Positions 58,356 to 64,000 of a stretch of 64,000 nt of DNA are shown here, in pieces (the first letter of the stretch is position 1; the number at the start of each line of letters is the position of its first letter). The stretch spans positions 1,248,001 through 1,312,000 of the forward strand of contig OZ244188.1 in NCBI GenBank assembly GCA_965216635.1, written 5' to 3'. Below the pieces are notes generated by a model, which did not search any database, was not told the DNA's origin, and saw only the letters and a program-made list of their open reading frames with translations. This DNA is from a bacterium (GTDB lineage: Bacteria; SAR324; XYD2-FULL-50-16; G965216635). The position numbers were made by a program, and so were the translations under genes.

Positions 58356-59015
58356 TTATTTACCAAAGTTAATAACCAAAACAAATTCTTTTTTTTTAAA
58401 AGAACGTTGCTTTAATTGAGCGAAATTTCCTGAAAATAACTCTTCGTCTTTTTTTGTTAGATTCATAGCCAAAAACAGTTCTGTTTTGGGACTTAAAATT
58501 TGATACAAATCTGCTAAAAGAAATTTTAGTCTGTAGGGAGTGTCGTAAAGCACAAGAGGGCAGTTTAATTTTTTAAACCCAAGAATTTGTTTTTTTCTTA
58601 AAACTGAATTCCTATTCAAAAAACCTCCAAAATGAAAAGATTTCATTTCAAAAGGAACCAAAGAAAGAGCTACGCTAAGAGAGCAAGCACCGGGCAAACT
58701 GCTCGTAGGTATTTTGTTTTGATAACAAAGTCTTAAAAGAGAGCTTCCAGGATCTAAAAACACAGGAGTTCCAGCATCGCTAATAAGAGCGGCTGTTTGT
58801 TTTTTATTTAATTTTTTTAAAATTTCTGTTGTCGCTTCAATTTCGTTGTGCTCGTTTAATTCCAATAATTCTTTTTCTATTTTCCATTGTTTGAGTAGTT
58901 TGCTTCCTTTTTTAAATTCCTCACAAATTACAAAATCTACTTGGTTTAAAATCTGTATGGCTCTTTGACTAATATCTGCCGCATTACCTATGGGGGTGGC
59001 TAGAATGAAAAGCAC
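58356..59015 (-). CDS. rsmI: 16S rRNA C1402 2'-O-methyltransferase RsmI family
   Basis: LATPIGN, ISDAGTP..DPG, PGACS, PYRL, LTKKDEE, EFVLV. Confidence 0.88.
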   Translation of the reverse strand: MLFILATPIGNAADISQRAIQILNQVDFVICEEFKKGSKLLKQWKIEKELLELNEHNEIEATTEILKKLNKKQTAALISDAGTPVFLDPGSSLLRLCYQNKIPTSSLPGACSLSVALSLVPFEMKSFHFGGFLNRNSVLRKKQILGFKKLNCPLVLYDTPYRLKFLLADLYQILSPKTELFLAMNLTKKDEELFSGNFAQLKQRSFKKKEFVLVINFGK

Positions 59016-59029
59016 GTTTTTTTTTTGGA

Positions 59030-60979
59030 TTAGTTTTGTGGGGCTCTTTTTGAAGGCTTGTTTTGTGGTTGCCTTCTAGGAGTTCTGTTTTGTGAGGCTC
59101 TTTTAGAATATGTATTTTGTGGAGTTCTGCTAGAAGATGTGCTTCGTGGAGTTCTGCTAGAATATGTAGCTCGCGGAGTTCTGCTAGGAGATGTTGCTCG
59201 CTGAGCTCCGCTAGAAGATGTAGCTCGCGGAGTTCTGCTAGAAGATGTGCTTCGTGGAGTTTCGCTAGAATATGTGCTTGGTGTTCTTCTAGGAGTTCTG
59301 CTAGAAGATGTGCTTTGTGGGGCTCTTTTAGAATATGTGCTTTGTGGGGCTCTGCTAGAATATGTGCTTCGTGGAGCTCCGCTAGAAGATGTAGCTCGCT
59401 GAGCTCCGCTAGAAGATGTGTTCCGTGGAGTTGCACTAGAAGATGTGCTTCGTGGAGTTCTGCTAGAAGATGTAGCTCGCGGAGTTCTGCTAGAAGATGT
59501 GCTTTGTGGGGCTCTGCTAGAAGAAGTGCTTGGTGTTCTTCTGGGAGTTCCGCTAGAAGATGTGCTTCGTGGAGTTCTGCTAGAATATGTGCTTGGTGTT
59601 CTTCTAGGAGTTCTGCTAGAAGATGTGCTTCGTGGTGCTCTTTTAGAAGATGTGCTTCGTGGAGTTCTGCTAGAAGATGTGCTTTGTGGAGTTCTGCTAG
59701 AAGATGTAGCTTGCGGAATTCTGCTAGAAGATGTTGCTCGCGGAATTCTGCTAGAAGATGTGCTTCGTGGAGTTCTGCTAGAATATGTAGCTCGCTGAGC
59801 TCCGCTAGAAGATGTGCTTCGTGGAGTTCTGCTAGAAGATGTTGCTCGCGGAGTCCTGCTAGAAGATGTGCTTCGTGGAGTTTCGCTAGAATATGTGCTT
59901 GGTGTTCTTCTAGGAGTTCTGCTAGAAGATGTGCTTTGTGGTGCTCTTTTAGAATATGTATTTTGTGGAGTTCTGCTAGAAGATGTGCTTTGTGGTGCTC
60001 TTTTAGAATATGTATTTTGTGGAGTTCTGCTAGAAGATGTGCTTTGTGGTGCTCTTTTAGAATATGTATTTTGTGGAGTTCTGCTAGAAGATGTGCTTCG
60101 TGGAGTTCTGCTAGAAGATGTTGCTCGCGGAGTCCTGCTAGAAGATGTGCTTGGTGTTCTTCTGGGAGTTCTGCTAGAAGATGTAGCTCGCTGAGCTCCG
60201 CTAGAAAATGTAGCTCGCGTAGTTCTGCTAGAAGATGTAGTTTGTGATATTTCTTTTGAAGGTTTGTTTTGTAATAGCTTTTTAATCTCCTCTTCTTTTA
60301 AAAGTCTATATTCTCCAGATTTTAAATCTGCAAGATGGATACTACCTATTTGAAACCTTTTAATTTTTAAAACTCGGATTTTTAGATGGCCGAACATTTT
60401 TCTGATTTGTTGGTTTAGTCCTTGATACAGTTCCACCTTAGCCCAGCTTTTTTGGTTTTGTTCTCGTAAAGGGCGAACTTTTGCTTGATAAATTTTTCCC
60501 GCGATATACATACTTTTATTGAGAATTTTTAATTCTTTTTCGTCCAGTACTTTTTCAATCTTTACTAGATAAGATTTTTTAAATTTGTATTTGGGGTGGC
60601 TGATTTGTTGAGAAAAATCTCCGTTGTTGGTGATAAAAATCAACCCTTCCGAATCGTAGTCTAGTCTGCCTACTGGAAATAGCGGGCAGTTTATTTTGGG
60701 GAAGTATTTTACAATAGTTTCTCTGTCTTTTTCGTCTTTGAGAGTCGTAATACAACTTTTAGGTTTATTGAGAATATAAACCAGACGAGGAAATTTTGAA
60801 GGAGTTAGTTTTTTCCCTTTGAAACAAACACTGTCTTTTTCTGGGTCTATTTTTATTCCTAGTTCCGTTTTTATTTTCCCATTGATTTGAACTAGCCCGT
60901 CTAAAATAAATTTTTCTGAATTTCTTCTGGATGCTACTCCACACTGTGCTAAAAATTTTTGTAGTCTTATATTTTCCAT
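59030..60979 (-). CDS. rluB: RsuA/RluB-family pseudouridine synthase with about 400-aa repeat tail
   Basis: RLQKFLAQCGVASRR, LNKP, PVGRLDYDSEGL; then 9-aa repeats. Confidence 0.85.
   Translation of the reverse strand: MENIRLQKFLAQCGVASRRNSEKFILDGLVQINGKIKTELGIKIDPEKDSVCFKGKKLTPSKFPRLVYILNKPKSCITTLKDEKDRETIVKYFPKINCPLFPVGRLDYDSEGLIFITNNGDFSQQISHPKYKFKKSYLVKIEKVLDEKELKILNKSMYIAGKIYQAKVRPLREQNQKSWAKVELYQGLNQQIRKMFGHLKIRVLKIKRFQIGSIHLADLKSGEYRLLKEEEIKKLLQNKPSKEISQTTSSSRTTRATFSSGAQRATSSSRTPRRTPSTSSSRTPRATSSSRTPRSTSSSRTPQNTYSKRAPQSTSSSRTPQNTYSKRAPQSTSSSRTPQNTYSKRAPQSTSSSRTPRRTPSTYSSETPRSTSSSRTPRATSSSRTPRSTSSSGAQRATYSSRTPRSTSSSRIPRATSSSRIPQATSSSRTPQSTSSSRTPRSTSSKRAPRSTSSSRTPRRTPSTYSSRTPRSTSSSGTPRRTPSTSSSRAPQSTSSSRTPRATSSSRTPRSTSSSATPRNTSSSGAQRATSSSGAPRSTYSSRAPQSTYSKRAPQSTSSSRTPRRTPSTYSSETPRSTSSSRTPRATSSSGAQRATSPSRTPRATYSSRTPRSTSSSRTPQNTYSKRASQNRTPRRQPQNKPSKRAPQN
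59060..60240. repeat. Degenerate 27-bp tandem repeat, about 40 units (TSSSRTPRS)
   Basis: Plus-strand unit GCTTCGTGGAGTTCTGCTAGAAGATGT with variants and occasional 36-bp units. Confidence 0.97.
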
Positions 60980-60981
60980 AT

Positions 60982-61335
60982 TTACTCCGTCACAGGCAAC
61001 ATCCTACCCAAATCTCTTCCGCCTAAAAGGTGCAGATGGATATGAAAAACCTCTTGTCTACCGTGCTTATTGCAGTTAATAATCAAACGATAACCATCTT
61101 CTGCAATCCCTTTGTCTTTGGCAATTTGAGCGGCGATTCGGACAACTCTACCCATCGCAAGGTCGTGCTTTTCTGTCAGCTCATTGGTGGTAGCTAAGGG
61201 TTCGTTGGGCACAACAAGAATATGCACTGGGGTTTGAGGGTTAATATCTTGGAACGCGGTTACTAGCTCATCCTGATAAACAATTTCCGCTGGAATTTCT
61301 TTTTTAATGATTTTTTCAAAGAGTGTTGTTTCCAT
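60982..61335 (-). CDS. hinT: Histidine triad nucleotide-binding protein
   Basis: [29 protein letters not shown]. Confidence 0.95.
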   Translation of the reverse strand: METTLFEKIIKKEIPAEIVYQDELVTAFQDINPQTPVHILVVPNEPLATTNELTEKHDLAMGRVVRIAAQIAKDKGIAEDGYRLIINCNKHGRQEVFHIHLHLLGGRDLGRMLPVTE

Positions 61336-61374
61336 TTTATTTTTTGAATTTAGGTTTATTTAAAAACTATTTTA

Positions 61375-62538
61375 CTAAACTATTTTCTCACCCATAACAA
61401 GTATTTCATAATTTTCTAAACTATTTTGCCAGTTTTTATTGCTATTCATTGAAGCCATTATATTTTTTTTATATTCTATCTTTATGTTTTCTTTTATATC
61501 CAAATATTTATTTAATATTCGCTTGAGATTCTCAATAGAAGTTCTACCATTTGTATTATAAGAGAATAAAATATATTTAGCATTAGTATTTTTTATTAGC
61601 TTTTCTATTGCTATATCTGAATTATACCTGCCGTTTGTTTTTCTAAAATCTTCAAAAGGATTGATATTATTGTGGTCTTTAGTGTCAGTTCTTCTGTTGC
61701 ATTTGCCAAATACTTGAGGCTTATCGTTTCTACTTATGGTTTCCCAAATATGATAATAGCATTGATACCTTACACGGGAGGCTGGCATTTTATCATTAGC
61801 GGATCCGTAAGGGGGATCGTAATAGACTAAATCGTGATATTTCTTACTTATTTCAAAAACATTTTTTTGCTCTATTTTATGGGCTAGATTATGAGGATTA
61901 AAAAATTTCGGCATAACTAATTCCATTGTTTTATAAGAGCGTTTAGACCACTCCCTGAGATAGGAAGATTGGTGTCCCAAAGTGCTATCTACTTTGTCTA
62001 ATGCTAGTATTAAACTGGTGATTAAAATACTTTTTTCTATTTTACTTAGTTTAATATTTTGCAAAAATTCTAAAATACCATCTAATTTTTTTGTATTATG
62101 AATTTGAAAAGGCTTTTTAGTATCGTATATTTCTCCGCCATAGTTTTGAGAATACCAGCCTGAACCTGAATCAATACTGGGAGCATCAATACTATTTAGC
62201 TCTTTGATTATATTTTTTATTCTAGTGGTTTCTTTCCCTAATAAAAAGCAAGTTGCCAATTCTTTGCTATAAGAAGCTAAATCATTCGCCGTGACGCTAT
62301 AACCATTATTGGAAAGAAATTGAGAAACTCTGCAACTACCAGAAAATCCGTCTAGCACTGTTTTTATATCTGTATATTCACCTATTATTTCATTGATGTA
62401 AGAAATAATTTTTTTCTTTGAGCCAATATATTTGATGCTATCTGTAGCAAGAGAGCTGGGAAATTTTAGTTTTGCTTTACTTTCTTTTTTTAAGGAAGGA
62501 AACGTATCATACTGAAAAAAATTACTTGATTGTAGCAT
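61375..62538 (-). CDS. DNA adenine methyltransferase (D12/FokI-like, alpha class), orphan in window
   Basis: KYIGSK, DGFSGS, YYDPPY, FSYN. Confidence 0.88.
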   Translation of the reverse strand: MLQSSNFFQYDTFPSLKKESKAKLKFPSSLATDSIKYIGSKKKIISYINEIIGEYTDIKTVLDGFSGSCRVSQFLSNNGYSVTANDLASYSKELATCFLLGKETTRIKNIIKELNSIDAPSIDSGSGWYSQNYGGEIYDTKKPFQIHNTKKLDGILEFLQNIKLSKIEKSILITSLILALDKVDSTLGHQSSYLREWSKRSYKTMELVMPKFFNPHNLAHKIEQKNVFEISKKYHDLVYYDPPYGSANDKMPASRVRYQCYYHIWETISRNDKPQVFGKCNRRTDTKDHNNINPFEDFRKTNGRYNSDIAIEKLIKNTNAKYILFSYNTNGRTSIENLKRILNKYLDIKENIKIEYKKNIMASMNSNKNWQNSLENYEILVMGEKIV

Positions 62539-62605
62539 AATTGTTAAAGAACAGCTTGACTAAATTTTGAATATAAACTAAAGTTAAAACTAAAGAAACA
62601 AATTT

Positions 62606-63241
62606 ATGGCTGATAATAATATTTACTTAGAAAAGATTAAAGATTATCCGCTAATTACTACTTACCAAAATCCAATCCCTGAAAGTTGGGACAATTTATT
62701 TTTAAAAAAACAACCACTTGTGATAGATATAGGTTGCGGCTCTGGAAAATTTATTTTAGCTGAGGCTTTGAGAAAACCAAATTTTAACTATATTGGTATA
62801 GAAACCCGTTATAAGAGATTGGTAAAGGCAGCTAGAAAACTGGAGAGTAATTTGCTAGATAATGTGAAACTTTTGCAAAGAAGAATTGGTTTGTTAAGCG
62901 AAATATTTTTGGAAAATTCACTAAAAAAAATTTATATTAATTTTCCAGATCCTTGGCAAAAAAAAAAACAACAAAAACATCGTTTGCTAAACTGCCGTTT
63001 TTTTGAAGATATTCATAAACTGCTACAAGAAAATGGTATTTGTAGTTTAAAAACCGATCACATAGAGTATTTTAAGTTTGTCAACAATTCTATGGAGAAA
63101 ACAGGTGCTTTTGAAATACTAGAATACAGTGAGGATTTACAAAATTCTGAATATGAAAGAAACAACCTAGTAACAGAATTTGAAATGCTTTTTCGTAAAA
63201 AAGAAACACCTATCCATTACCTTAAATTAAGCAAAAAATGA
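62606..63241 (+). CDS. trmB: tRNA (guanine-N7)-methyltransferase
   Basis: DIGCGSG, NFPDPW, KTD, TEFE. Confidence 0.95.
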   Translation: MADNNIYLEKIKDYPLITTYQNPIPESWDNLFLKKQPLVIDIGCGSGKFILAEALRKPNFNYIGIETRYKRLVKAARKLESNLLDNVKLLQRRIGLLSEIFLENSLKKIYINFPDPWQKKKQQKHRLLNCRFFEDIHKLLQENGICSLKTDHIEYFKFVNNSMEKTGAFEILEYSEDLQNSEYERNNLVTEFEMLFRKKETPIHYLKLSKK

Positions 63242-64000
63242 CAAAAGAAGATAAAAAACACTTTGAGAAAGCTATGTATCAACTAGATGGTGCCTTTGAA
63301 AAAGCAAAAGAAAAAGAATTAAAACTAGAAACACCTGCTAAAAGGACAGACCAACAGACACAAATAAAACCAAAACCAATAGAACTAAAGCCAACAGAAC
63401 CAAAACCAACAGAACTAAAACCAGCAGAACTAAAACCGGCAGAACTAAAACCAATAAAACCAGAGCCAGCAGAACCAAAACCAATAAAACTAGAGCCAGC
63501 AGAACCAAAACCAGCAGAACCAAAACCAATAAAACTAGAGCCAGCAGAACCAAAACCAATAAAACTAGAGCCAGCAGAACCAAAACCAGTCAGCCCAAAT
63601 ACAATCAAACTGAGTGAAAAACAACCAAACCTTGAAATCAAAAAAATTCCTCACCAAGTAACCCCGAATCCCATCTCTCACAAAGAGACACACAAAAAAG
63701 AAAAAGCTCCTTTTGATAATAGTTTTGATGAAGCAGTAGAAAAACTAGCAAAGAAGAAACAACAGACATGCTCTAATGCACAGGTAACAGGACTGCAGAA
63801 AACAGAGCCACAAAGAGAAGTAGAAGTTGTGCCCCGTGGTGATATAGCCAGTAATTCTATAGGTGATAAAAAAGTGTGGCAAGAGACTTTAGAAAATTCA
63901 CTTTACCTTGCTTTGAATAAAATTTTACAAAAGCCGTCTCCTTTTGCCGAAGTAGATCATTTAGAAACCACTTTACCAGAAGAATTTTATCAAGATAGCG
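63238..64000 (+). CDS. 3'-truncated ORF with Pro/Lys/Glu pentapeptide repeats (not in ORF track)
   Basis: ATGA overlap with trmB stop; open to window end; MTKEDKKHFEKAM... loosely recalls Smr-family N-termini. Confidence 0.75.
   Translation, partial: MTKEDKKHFEKAMYQLDGAFEKAKEKELKLETPAKRTDQQTQIKPKPIELKPTEPKPTELKPAELKPAELKPIKPEPAEPKPIKLEPAEPKPAEPKPIKLEPAEPKPIKLEPAEPKPVSPNTIKLSEKQPNLEIKKIPHQVTPNPISHKETHKKEKAPFDNSFDEAVEKLAKKKQQTCSNAQVTGLQKTEPQREVEVVPRGDIASNSIGDKKVWQETLENSLYLALNKILQKPSPFAEVDHLETTLPEEFYQDS
63368..63590 (+). repeat. In-frame 15-bp tandem repeat (KPAEL/EPAEP/KPIKL)
   Basis: About 15 degenerate units such as AAACCAGCAGAACTA and GAGCCAGCAGAACCA. Confidence 0.9.

Noticed and set aside
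59060..60240. CRISPR array
   Set aside because: Units are contiguous with no unique spacers, lie in frame within the pseudouridine synthase gene, and no cas genes are present.
58984..60247. Alternative-frame ORFs (SSARRC.., GVLLEDV.., LLAELH..)
   Set aside because: By-products of a stop-poor tandem repeat overlapping the rluB-like gene.
63279..63641. Minus-strand GFGSA and VLLAL repeat ORFs
   Set aside because: Antisense shadows of the plus-strand ORF starting at 63238.
1..64000. tRNA, rRNA, prophage or autonomous transposase genes
   Set aside because: None recognised by eye; tRNAscan-SE, Infernal and HMM searches were not run.

Overview
AT-rich bacterial chromosome segment from a diderm organism (lptF/G, outer-membrane beta-barrels, two sigma-54 promoters); the taxon cannot be fixed from this window. 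It is mostly housekeeping genes in shuffled, non-canonical operons (aspS, sppA, hemG/Y, aroQ, rodA, sucD, folA, hslUV, pncA, ispG, mutM, queA, lysA, dinB, rsmI, rluB, trmB). Four things stand out. (1) A dispersed non-autonomous mobile element family (terminal inverted repeat TAGACYTTTGAATT, 5-bp TNNNA target duplications, interior built from shuffled hairpin modules) with roughly 17 full or partial copies. One copy demonstrably splits a membrane-protein gene next to an ImmA/IrrE peptidase, and several supply stop codons to host genes. (2) Six predicted 8-stranded beta-barrel surface proteins in two subfamilies, with conserved barrels and large variable loops, mosaic paralogues, duplicated promoters and homopolymer tracts; this is a candidate surface-variation system. 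(3) Pervasive short tandem-repeat expansions, including an approximately 400-aa Ser/Thr/Arg/Pro tail on RluB. (4) A DNA methyltransferase-HNH fusion, an orphan adenine methylase, and a degenerate kinase-like/cyclase-like gene pair. No rRNA, tRNA, CRISPR array or autonomous transposase was seen. All product calls come from motif recognition by eye, not database searches.
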